From Caecitellus pseudoparvulus (lineage: Eukaryota; Protista; Bigyra: Bicosoecida), in NCBI GenBank assembly GCA_965644315.1, contig CBFFRQ010000018.1:992001-1056000 (forward strand): DNA of 64,000 bases, in the 5' to 3' direction. Numbering within the stretch: the first letter of the stretch is position 1; every line of letters starts with the position of its first letter. The notes beneath the pieces were generated by a model. It was given only the letters and a program-made list of their open reading frames with translations. It was not told where the DNA came from and ran no database searches. Position numbers and translations under genes: made by a program. Positions 11,687 to 21,600 of the stretch are shown one piece after another.

Positions 11687-12113
11687 CGAGGAAGGCAGAG
11701 AAAGGTGTGGCTGCACAAGCCGCACAGCTGTCGCGGAGGAGCTGACAGGCAAGCGAGTTGCGTCGCAGCGACGGCAGCTAGCGTCTTCTGTCTGGTGTGC
11801 AGCGCCTTGAAGATGGGCCAAACTGCCCCTCACTGCCTCTCAATAAAGGAGAACAGTTGACATGTTTTGGGAGAGCGTGGAGGGGGGCTTTGCAGCTCGC
11901 AGTACCCGTCCAAGGGCCCACAAAGGGTGCTGCGGCAAGCGCTGGACGGCAAGGCGACAGCAGGCGCATTGACCCCCCCCTATACACCCCTCCCGAACAA
12001 CCAGTCACTGCCCTCCACGTCCCACTTACCCTGCATCCCTCACCTCACCTGCCTGAACCCAACCCGTTGGTTGTTCCTTCTGTGTGAGAATCCCCTCCCT
12101 TCCATCATCAACC

Positions 12114-13472
12114 ATGGTGCGTGCTGTGCACGCCTGGCCCCGACCCAGCGCAGCCACCCACTGCCACGCGCAAAGGCTCCCTTTTCCGCACCCGCACCTT
12201 CACACGCCCTTGCTTCGCAACCTCACAGGCTGCCGCCGCTGGACCCAAGGATGGTGACTACCAGGTTGCCGACATCTCCCTGGCTGACTTCGGCCGCAAG
12301 GAGATCGAGCTCGCTGAGGTGTGTCACTTGCTCCGTGTTCTGCTGACACGCCAAGCTGGGCTGCAACCCCCGTCACCCTTGCACACCAACTTGCCCCACT
12401 CACCACCCTGCCCTTTCCTCCCTCAACCAGGTTGAGATGCCCGGCCTCATGTCCTGCGTGTCTGAGTACGGCAGCACCAAGCCCCTCGCTGGCGCACGCG
12501 TCTCCGGCTCTCTGCACATGACCGTGCAGACTGCCGTCCTGATCGAGACCCTGCAGAAGCTGGGCGCTGACCTGCGCTGGTGCTCTTGCAACATCTTCTC
12601 CACCCAGGACCACGCCGCTGCCGCCATCGCCGCCAACAAGTCCGCTGCCGTCTTCGCCTGGAAGGGCGAGTCCCTGGAGGAGGTACGTGTGTGCGCGCTG
12701 GGCTGCCCAACAGTTCTTTTCCGCACCCCACCACGCCAATGACGCACTTCTTCTTCGTGCCTCCCCCTGCAGTACTGGGAGTGCACCCTGAAGGCCTGCA
12801 CATGGCCCGATGATGATGGCAAGGGCACTGGCCCCGACATCATCGTCGACGACGGTGGTGACATGACCCTGCTGATCCACGAGGGTTACAAGGCCGAGAA
12901 CGTGTTCGCGGAGTCTGGCAAGAAGCCCGACCCCGAGTCCACCACCAACCCCGAGCTGAAGCTGGTCTTCAAGATCATTGGCCGCACCCTGGACGAGGAT
13001 CCCCAGAAGTGGCACAAGCTGGCTGCCCGGTGCAAGGGTGTGTCTGAGGAGACCACCACCGGCGTGCACCGCCTGTACGACATGGAGAAGGCCGGCGAGC
13101 TGCTCTTCCCCGCCATCAACGTCAACGACTCTGTGACCAAGTCCAAGTTCGACAACCTGTACGGCTGCAAGCACTCCCTCCCCGACGGCATCATGCGCGC
13201 CACCGACGTCATGTTGGCTGGCAAGCGCGCCATCGTCGCTGGCTTCGGCGATGTCGGCAAGGGCTGCGCCCAGGCCCTCAAGGCTGCTGGCTGCGTCGTG
13301 TACGTCGCTGAGGCCGACCCCATCTGCGCCCTGCAGGCGTGCATGGAGGGCTTCACCGTGCGCCCCGTTGAGAAGGTCGTGGGTGAGATGGACATCTTCA
13401 TCACCGCCACCGGCAACAAGGACATCATCACCGTGGACCTCATGTCCAAGATGAAGAACAACGCCATCGTTG

Positions 13473-13503
<31 letters not shown>

Positions 13504-13894
13504 CAACGCCGGCCTCAAGTCCTACCCTGGCATCGTGCGCCAGAACATCAAGCCTCAGGTGGACCGCTTCGTGTTCCCTGATGGCCACGGCATCATCCTC
13601 CTCGCCGAGGGCCGCCTGCTGAACCTGGGGTGCGCCACTGGCCACCCCTCTTTCGTCATGTCTGCTTCCTTCACGAACCAGACCCTGGCCCAGATCGAGC
13701 TGTGGACCAAGAAGGACTCCGGCGAGTACGAGTCCGGCAAGGTGTACGTCTTGCCCAAGATCCTCGACGAGAAGGTCGCTCGCCTGCACTTGGGCAAGCT
13801 GGGCGCTGAGCTGACCGAGCTGTCAAAGGAGCAGGCCGAGTACATCGGCGTCGCCCCCGAGGGCCCCTACAAGCCCCAGACCTACCGCTATTAA
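12114..13894 (+). CDS. AHCY: S-adenosyl-L-homocysteine hydrolase; join(12114..12116,12229..12318,12431..12682,12773..13894)
   Basis: Motifs [57 protein letters not shown]. Three GT-AG introns. Very strong C/G third-position bias. Confidence 0.99.
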
Positions 13895-13917
13895 ATTGTC
13901 GGATGTCACTGGCGGTG

Positions 13918-13925
13918 AATGCATT
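13918..13925. promoter_or_regulatory. Palindromic AATGCATT putative 3'-end signal shared by AHCY and the convergent gene
   Basis: About 24 nt from the + stop and 27 nt from the - stop; the motif recurs at many gene ends. Confidence 0.55.
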
Positions 13926-13951
13926 GAGGGATGCACACGTGCACGTACCGT

Positions 13952-15391
13952 TCAGCGAAAGCTCGCTTTCTGTTGGCGGACAAAGAGGACGCAGTGCCTT
14001 CGCCTTACCCATGATATGAGGGGCAGCCAGCGGCAAGTGGCCGCTTTGCGCCCACCAGCGACATCAGCCGACACATTCGCAAGAAGGGCGGGGTGCACGT
14101 GCACGTTTGCCTCTCGCAGGAGGAAGTTCAGGAGGACAAGGTGGTTGATCCACGGATTCACAGGAAGTTTCGACCTGGCTGTGCCAGAAGTGAACAGATG
14201 CTCACCGGGCAGAAGCCATCGCGCGTGGGCCGCCAGCTGGCCAACCGCGCCGAACTGCAGCCACAGCGGGAGGTCTGCACTCACCTCAGCATACGTTCGA
14301 GACGCATCCTGGGACAGCGTCGGCAAATCTGGTGGTTGGGCCTCAGCCTCGCCCTGCGGTGGCGTGTCCCCCTGCCAGTTGCCCTCCAACGGCACTCCGA
14401 CACGAACAAACACTCGAAGCAACCCCAGCAGCTCCCCTGTAAGGTGGAAATTGTCAACATTGCATGCTCCCGGGCAACTTGCCAAATAGGGCGCCATCAG
14501 CATCAAGTAGGCTGCGCTGTATGTCCGTCCAGAGCAGGTCGAGGGGGCTGCCAGCAGGCGAGCCAGCCGTGCGTTGGCGCCTTCACTCTGCTCAGCCATG
14601 ACACGCTCTGCCCACATGCAGAAGGTTTTAGGAGGTGGAACAGCCCACCATTCGCCCTCTTGGAGTCTGTCACAAAGGGGGTATCCCTCCGAAACTGCCT
14701 CTCTTGGCAAGCCAGTTGCTGGGTGCAGGTCTAGGATCTCGTACGGCGCCCAGAACGCATGGCCAGCCAGGCTCAGGCTCATCCACTCACGCAGACGTAT
14801 GATGACCTGCGCGTTGAAAGCGTCCGTGTTCCAGACGCCTTGCCCCACCGCTCTGCACTTGGCCTTGAAGAGGTCTAGACGAAAGGTGGTGCTGTGCGCT
14901 GATCCTGGCACTCCGCCCACTCCCAGCACAGACAGCAGCCACCGCCCGTGCACGTGGTCAAAGACAGCGTTCCATACTAGCAAGAGGGTCGTTTCAAAAG
15001 CCGTGCGCTTGTCGTTCTTGAAGTTCCGAGACAACACGTCACAGGTGGCCTCGAATGCCTTCAAGATGTGGACGCGCTTGGTGGCTTGCTGGCACAGCGC
15101 ATGCCCCAGGCAGCTCCAGTCTGCCTTGCCAGGAGGAAACCGCGCTGCAGCACATATCCACAGTGAAACTCTTTCCACGGTGAGCCCCGGCTGCACCAGC
15201 AGCTCGTCGACGAGGTGCTGGACATTGGCGTGTCGGTGGGCTGCGGAAATTGCCAAAGCCACAGCTCGACCAGAGCTGTCTGTAGCCGCGTAGTCACGCA
15301 GTTCCGCGGTCGCCTGCGCGTGGTCAGCTGGATCTTCGCTTGAAAAGAGGTCCCGCAGTCTCCTGGGGCTCAAAACCTGCGCTCGCTGCAT
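13952..15391 (-). CDS. Hypothetical protein (~480 aa)
   Basis: Long ORF filling the gap between neighbours; likely ATG 15391 (MQRAQVLS); no recognisable motif. Confidence 0.65.
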   Translation of the reverse strand: MQRAQVLSPRRLRDLFSSEDPADHAQATAELRDYAATDSSGRAVALAISAAHRHANVQHLVDELLVQPGLTVERVSLWICAAARFPPGKADWSCLGHALCQQATKRVHILKAFEATCDVLSRNFKNDKRTAFETTLLLVWNAVFDHVHGRWLLSVLGVGGVPGSAHSTTFRLDLFKAKCRAVGQGVWNTDAFNAQVIIRLREWMSLSLAGHAFWAPYEILDLHPATGLPREAVSEGYPLCDRLQEGEWWAVPPPKTFCMWAERVMAEQSEGANARLARLLAAPSTCSGRTYSAAYLMLMAPYLASCPGACNVDNFHLTGELLGLLRVFVRVGVPLEGNWQGDTPPQGEAEAQPPDLPTLSQDASRTYAEVSADLPLWLQFGAVGQLAAHARWLLPGEHLFTSGTARSKLPVNPWINHLVLLNFLLREANVHVHPALLANVSADVAGGRKAATCRWLPLISWVRRRHCVLFVRQQKASFR

Positions 15392-15476
15392 GCCACGCTG
15401 ACTCGTGATCCGGCAGCAGCAAGGGCTGCAGCAGACACAGTGGCGCAAGGCTCGAGACTTTCTCGGCGAATTGAAT

Positions 15477-16904
15477 TTACATCACTGGCTCGGAGCCCGA
15501 TTGCACAGCATCAGCTGCACTTGCCCCCCAGTCGGCCCCGTCAGGACCCCTCTGCAGCCCCCCTTCAACAGCGGCACTGTTTCGAGGTGGCAGCGCAGCT
15601 GCCAACGCGCCGAGCTCCTGGGCCGGCACAGCCGCAGGAGGAGGGATGCGCTCACCGGCAGTGAACACTTCGCCAGCAGGCGCTGCTACGGCATCTGCAG
15701 CGGCTGCTGGAGCAAGCAGAACTTCAGCGATGGCTCCAAGTGCGGTGCCAGCCGAAGCCGTGGCAAACCCCTCCTCCCCTCGCATCTGCAGCACAAAGCG
15801 GCCAGCTGCGACACATGCCGACTGCAGTGCACTAGACACAGCCTTGAGAGTCTGTGGTGAGGCCGGGGCCGCGGCCACCTGCCCGCATGTCCCGGCAAAC
15901 ACGACTTCATCCAGCTGCACGAGCAGGAATGAACGCGGGGCAATGCGGGTGACGCACGTCGTCAGCAAGGGCCTGCTCCCCTGTGAGAGCGCCTTGAGGT
16001 CAGAGTACGGGGCTTGAGCCTTAGCCGAGCCTTGTTTTGGTGCGGTGGCACCGGCCTCGGGAGCGGCGCTGGGTCGCACTTCCACCTCCGCTGGGCCTGT
16101 CCCGGCCTGAGGGGCGCCGGCCCCGCCTGTCAAGACATGTTTCAGAGAAATTTGGGTGGCGGTGTCGCCCAGGAGAGCCATCGCTGCGTCGCTAGCCTCG
16201 AAGGCCCCCCGCAGGACGCCCTCCACAAGGGCAGGTGACTCCAGCTCAGACCAGTCCACGCACAGCTCACCCCCAGAGACGGATGCCGGCCCCACCTCGC
16301 CAACCCCCATTTCCGCTGCTTGGCGGCCGTGCTGGTGGATGATGAAGGCGCCCTCGTGCAAGACAGCCAGCTGCACAAGTCCAGGCATGTCATCGGCCAC
16401 TTCCTCCGCAGCAGCTTGAATCGCCTCGAGAATGACGCCAGGAATCGCAGTGTGAAAAGAGGCATGACGCTTGAGGTTAAAAATGACAGAGTTGTTGACT
16501 TCGTCTGGGAACTGGCGGTAAAAAGCTCGGACGGTGGCCTGGGCAATGTGTCGACCCAACAGCTTCTCCCCGGGGTGCTCAGGTCGCTCCAATAGAACCG
16601 CTGTGAAGAGAAGCACTCTGTCTGACATGGCATCGCGACTTTGGGTGGCTGAGGCACCGGATGGCGTGCCTGGCTGGGCCTCGCTGCCAGCAGCTGCAAC
16701 ATCAGCGCGCTTCAGGGTCGCCACATAAAAGCTCCCATCGTCCATGGCCACTTCTTGCAACGCGAGGCCCGTCAAAGCATCCGCAGTGCTATATAGCGTC
16801 CTGAACGCAGAGCCCACAAATCTGGGCTGCTGCAAGTCCCTCAGCCACGTCGCACTGAACAGATTCAGCCCGCCCGCGTTCACGATGAGCACAGCTTGAA
16901 GCAT
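15477..16904 (-). CDS. Protein with N-terminal longin-like domain
   Basis: MLQAVLIVNAGGLNLFSATW...QPRFVGSAFRTLY has the beta-beta-alpha pattern of longin folds. ATG-started 475-aa ORF. Confidence 0.6.
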   Translation of the reverse strand: MLQAVLIVNAGGLNLFSATWLRDLQQPRFVGSAFRTLYSTADALTGLALQEVAMDDGSFYVATLKRADVAAAGSEAQPGTPSGASATQSRDAMSDRVLLFTAVLLERPEHPGEKLLGRHIAQATVRAFYRQFPDEVNNSVIFNLKRHASFHTAIPGVILEAIQAAAEEVADDMPGLVQLAVLHEGAFIIHQHGRQAAEMGVGEVGPASVSGGELCVDWSELESPALVEGVLRGAFEASDAAMALLGDTATQISLKHVLTGGAGAPQAGTGPAEVEVRPSAAPEAGATAPKQGSAKAQAPYSDLKALSQGSRPLLTTCVTRIAPRSFLLVQLDEVVFAGTCGQVAAAPASPQTLKAVSSALQSACVAAGRFVLQMRGEEGFATASAGTALGAIAEVLLAPAAAADAVAAPAGEVFTAGERIPPPAAVPAQELGALAAALPPRNSAAVEGGLQRGPDGADWGASAADAVQSGSEPVM

Positions 16905-17247
16905 GTTTGCGTAACGCCCCTGAAACGCTCCTAAAAGCTGCCAATCAACACCCCCAACTGAGGCGTCGCAGGAGATTTACGAAGGGGCAATCTGGGGATC
17001 TTCTTGGCCCTACCGTTCGAGTCTGTAGGGAGCCAATACCCAGGGCGGCAAAGGGAGGCGCCCCGCTGCTGCAGTGCAAGCTCTGAATCAAACTCTTTCC
17101 CACCTTCCACAGGAGGGCTGCGTCCCTCGACCAACAAAAGCAATTTCAAGCGCACAGAGGACACGATATTTTACTGTGTCTTTATGTTGTACCTGCGGGT
17201 CTGCATAATTCGCAGTGTGCGCTGCAGCTTGCGTCCCCCACGTTTCC

Positions 17248-18630
17248 ATGGCGTTTCACTCCCCTACTCAAAACCGAGCCCGGGCTGCACACCCAAAGAA
17301 CCAGGGTATTCTTGACGAAGTCAATGCTTTGATTAGTACTGGGGATTCTCCTCCGGGCGTAGAAATCGCGCTGCAAGATGTTGCGGCCAGCTTGCGCCGG
17401 TTCCCCGCAGCAGTCCGGCACAAGTCTCACCTGGACTTGCTCATTGGCGCAGCAGACCTGCCGGTCAGCATCAAAACGCAGATACTTGCCACCCTGCCAA
17501 GTGCACCAAAGAGGAGCAGGCCTTCTTCACAGACTCAGGTTGCCCCGAAACGCCAGGCTGAAGCTGGCGACATGGCTTGCAGCAGGGCGCCGCAGCAGGC
17601 ACTTGCAGATGTCAGGCCAACCGGGGGCAGTGGGGGCGCTAGTCAGCGTCCCCCTCTGCACCCCATGTTTCAGGATGCAGTTGCGGGTATCAAGCGAGTG
17701 GGTTCTCAAGCCGGCTGCGGTGTAGTGGTTGACGACTCGTGGGAGGTGGTCCTGCTCCTAGACACCCGGGAAGTGCGCACGCGCAGTGACCGCGACTACA
17801 TTGCCTCGCACCTGATGGCCAGCGGGGTCAAAGTTGAAACCCGCATGCTTCCCCTTGGTGACATGGTGTGGGTCGCACGGCCTTCCATAGTTCCGGGGCT
17901 GCGTCGCAAAGGGGGCGATGCTGCCAGCGTGAGCTCCCAGCGAAGCGCTGCCAGCGCCAAGGCGGCCTGGGCCCACGAGTGGCTGATGGATGTCATCATC
18001 GAACGCAAACGCCTCAGTGACTTGTCTTCCTCCATTCAGGATGGGCGATACGAAGACCAGAAGCGCCGCCTGTCGGAGTGCCCGTGCTCCAGAGTGCTGT
18101 ACTTGCTAGAGGGCGAGCTGCAGCGGAGGGACATCTTGACCAAGTCAGGTCTCGAGACCGCGCGTTGCTCAACGACTGTGCGCTCAGGATTTGCTGTGCA
18201 CAAGTCGGCCTCTGTGGATGCCTCCATTGCGCTGCTGGCGGATACACACCGGGCACTGACGCGGGCGTTCCTGCCTGCACCTGGGACAAGCAGACCGCTG
18301 CTCGCCTGCCCATGCCTGCCCAAAACGACTGTAACGTATGCAACATTCAGCGAACAGTGCAGCAAGCCCAGTACACAGGCGGCAGTGTCCCTCTTTGGCA
18401 TGCAACTGCGACAGATCAACGGCATGTCAGGCCCACGGGCTCAGGCAGTGCTCGAGGCATACCCCACGCCCTCTCACCTGCGCAAAGCGTATGCCGCGGT
18501 AAATGAAGCAGCGGGGGCCGCTTTGCTGAAGGATTTAGGGGTTCCTGGCCAGCGTGGGCGCCTGGGACCAACCCTGTCGCGAAGGCTGCACGCGCTGTAC
18601 ACCGCGCGCGACTACGCTGATGTGCTGTGA
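17248..18630 (+). CDS. MUS81: Crossover junction endonuclease MUS81
   Basis: ERCC4 domain motifs LLLDTRE, LPLGDMVWV, IIERKRLSDLSSSIQDGRYEDQK; C-terminal HhH (QLRQINGMSGPRAQAVLEAYPTP). Confidence 0.95.
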   Translation: MAFHSPTQNRARAAHPKNQGILDEVNALISTGDSPPGVEIALQDVAASLRRFPAAVRHKSHLDLLIGAADLPVSIKTQILATLPSAPKRSRPSSQTQVAPKRQAEAGDMACSRAPQQALADVRPTGGSGGASQRPPLHPMFQDAVAGIKRVGSQAGCGVVVDDSWEVVLLLDTREVRTRSDRDYIASHLMASGVKVETRMLPLGDMVWVARPSIVPGLRRKGGDAASVSSQRSAASAKAAWAHEWLMDVIIERKRLSDLSSSIQDGRYEDQKRRLSECPCSRVLYLLEGELQRRDILTKSGLETARCSTTVRSGFAVHKSASVDASIALLADTHRALTRAFLPAPGTSRPLLACPCLPKTTVTYATFSEQCSKPSTQAAVSLFGMQLRQINGMSGPRAQAVLEAYPTPSHLRKAYAAVNEAAGAALLKDLGVPGQRGRLGPTLSRRLHALYTARDYADVL

Positions 18631-18666
18631 AGCTCACAAATCACGCTGTATTTATGCGGGTGCGGC

Positions 18667-21600
18667 TTAATTGGACCCCTTTTCGCGAAGGAGCCGGACG
18701 CGAGCTTGGGCAAGCACCCTGGCCACATCAAGGGCAGTTGGTCGCAAGCTGCGATCAGCCTCCAAGCACCTCTTGACAATGTCTCGCACCGCCTCGGGGA
18801 CGAGCCCAGGCCAAGAGCCAACCTTCTCTGGCAGCTCGTCTCCTGAAAAGAGCAAATGCAAAATGCAGTGGGGAAAGGTGTCTGACTCACGGTGGCTCTC
18901 CCAAATGAACCTGCCCGTAAGCACTTGGTAGAGCGTCAGGCCGAGCTGGAAAACGTCTGATGCAGGACCCCACACGCCACGGAATCCTTCTGGGGCGTAG
19001 TAAATCGTCGTCGTCATGGTCTTGGTTGACTGAGTAGCGGAAGAGGAAGCCAGCTTGCTTTGCCCCAAGTCAGACAGTTTCACGTCCGCTTCGGATGCAG
19101 TGGAAGACGTCAACAGGACGTTATCGGGTTTCAGGTCCCGGTGCCACAACTTGCTTCTGTGAAGCTTGGTGAGGGCCGACGCAATTTGGACGCTCCACAT
19201 CAACCTCTGCTCAAATGAAATGGGGTTCGCGGCGTCCTCCACAGGCATTGGCTTGTTGCCGGGAAAGATGACGTCAGTCAGGTTCCCCCCTGCAGCATAC
19301 TCCATGAGCAGGCCAACACAACTTCCTTGGTCTTCCACCAAGGCGTGCGTCTGAATGACATTGGGGTGGCTCTGGCCTTCCATCAATGCGAGTGTGGCGC
19401 TCAGCTCCTTGCTTGAATCGAACGTCTTGCCGTCCTCCAAGAACTTGCACGCCAGGTTTAACCCAGGGTACTCGTCGCACGAAACCAGTTTCACTTCTCC
19501 GAAGCCACCCTTTCCAAGATGCTTGATGACAGTGACAGACTCCATCGGCACCCTCTTCATGCTGGACGTGTCAGCGCCCGCCGCGGCAGCGCCAGACTCG
19601 GGAACAGCTTGCGACGATCCAATCTGCTGAGAGTACTCGCTGTCAACGTTTGCGATGCTGGGCTCCTCGTGAAGACCGATTTGCCCCATCAAGGCCTCTT
19701 CTGCTGCCAGCGCTGTCATTTGGGCCTGTCGCAGGCGCCGTGAGTACTCACGGAAGCTGAGCACCTCCTCGGTTGGTTGTCCTTGAAGAGAGACGGCAAC
19801 ACCTTTTCCTGTGCTTGCTGCACATGGATGCAGCGGCGTTTTTCCGTCCCAAATTCCATCAATGCTCCAGGTTGCCATGTGCAGGAGGTCTTGTCCACCC
19901 TTCAAGACCACGCGGCTGAGTGAGATGGTCCGCCCATCGCAGTCCAGCGTCCACTGCAGCTCAATGCTGCCTGAAGCGTGCTGAGAAAGGGCACTGGAAC
20001 CAACTTTGCACTGCTTGAAGTGCGGGGGGGGGTCTTCTTGGGACAGCAACTGTCGGCCTCCGCTGTTCAGGCCGCTGGCATTGCCAACTGAGAATGCCCA
20101 AGCCTGTCCGGCGGTCAGGACACCACCAAACAGGCATGTCGCTTGATCCAGGTGAACCAAGACATTGGATGTGCAGACACCAACCTCGGTCAAGCAATTC
20201 GAGTCCGTGTCATCACTGGGAATCACAGCTGCTCGCCACGTGTGGGTGCCTTTCACCCACCCTGTGCTTGCTCGGATCCCAGCATTGAACACATCTTCTG
20301 TCTCAACCCCTCCGAAAGTGACAAGACTCTTGCCTTTGTCAGATGAAACCGCAGTGAATGGCGAGCAGTCACTGGTGCTCCAGAGCAGTGACTCCGCCAA
20401 TCCTCGCAGCAGAATGTGCCGCGATCTGCTTGCGCCTTGAGCGCGATGCTGAAGCTCAAGAAGAGCCTCAAGGGCAGCAATCGCTTGGCGGTTCATCTGC
20501 CTCGACTTGACGGAGGACTCACCCCCTACTTCGTGCCCAGAAGACGGCTCGGTCTGCAGCTGGCGCTTCAGAGCCTTGAAGAAAGGCGGCGGCAGCACGC
20601 CCCAGGCCTTCAGCTGCTCCACCAGCCGGAAGCTGTGGTCTGCATGCATAGCGCCCTCACCGTCTTCAAGTGTATCGAGCAGGGCGAGCCTCGGGCGGAT
20701 CAACTGCAGCAAGCGTGTGCCGACCGCCACTTGCAGCGGCGGCAACAGCAGAGCGGCACAGGTGCGTCCTGCACTCTTGCTCAAATACTCCTGTGACATG
20801 CTCTCGTCCTCAGCGAAGGCCTCCTTCCCACTGGGCGTGCCAAACGACACCTCCTCTGCATCGGCGAGAGCTTCGTACTGCTCATCCCACACCGCTGCAG
20901 AATGTGCCTCGTCGGGCCCGGACGAGGAGGGTGTACCAGCCTGGGGCACAGCCCCAAACTGGCTCCACAGCCCACTTGCAAGCCACGCCATGGCTTCTGC
21001 GACGCTGTAACAGCTTCGACGCGAGGCGGTGCCCTTCTCCGCGGACGCACCCCCGGCCGTTGCGTTCTGCACGAGCTCCACAATGCGCTGGACTTCCGAA
21101 GCCCGGGCGCCAGGGCAAGCGGCGGACACACACGCCTCCAAGGTTCCTTCTGCACGCGCTGAGAGCAGCTGGTTCACGAGCTCCGTGTCTTGTGGAGACA
21201 TGGCAAATGCCAGAGCAGCAGACAAGACAGCGTCGAGCAGCACTACAGATGCCGAGAGAAGGTTTTCACTCTGAGGCTCCAACACAGCGGACCCAGAGCT
21301 GCTCGTCGTCACATCAGGCATGACCGCTGACCAGACTGAAGAAGGAACCTGCGCTTCCCCTGCGTCGCTTCGGGCTGCACGGCAATTGGCCACCACAGAC
21401 GGGTCCACAGCCAGCCGAGCCACGCTCAGTGAGCCAGCATGGGCTCGACAGTGCTGCCTCCACTCTGCGTACGCTGACAGGATTGCGATTTCAGCTGTCG
21501 TGTCCAGCTGCTGCGAGACGGCATCAGCGCTACAATGACTCTCCTCGCCTTTTTCGTTGCGTACACACAGTGGCTTGGACCCGTCTTGGACGCGGACGAC

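Noticed and set aside
12200-13789. 529-aa antisense ORF over AHCY
   Set aside because: Shadow of extreme GC3 codon bias; no protein-like motifs.
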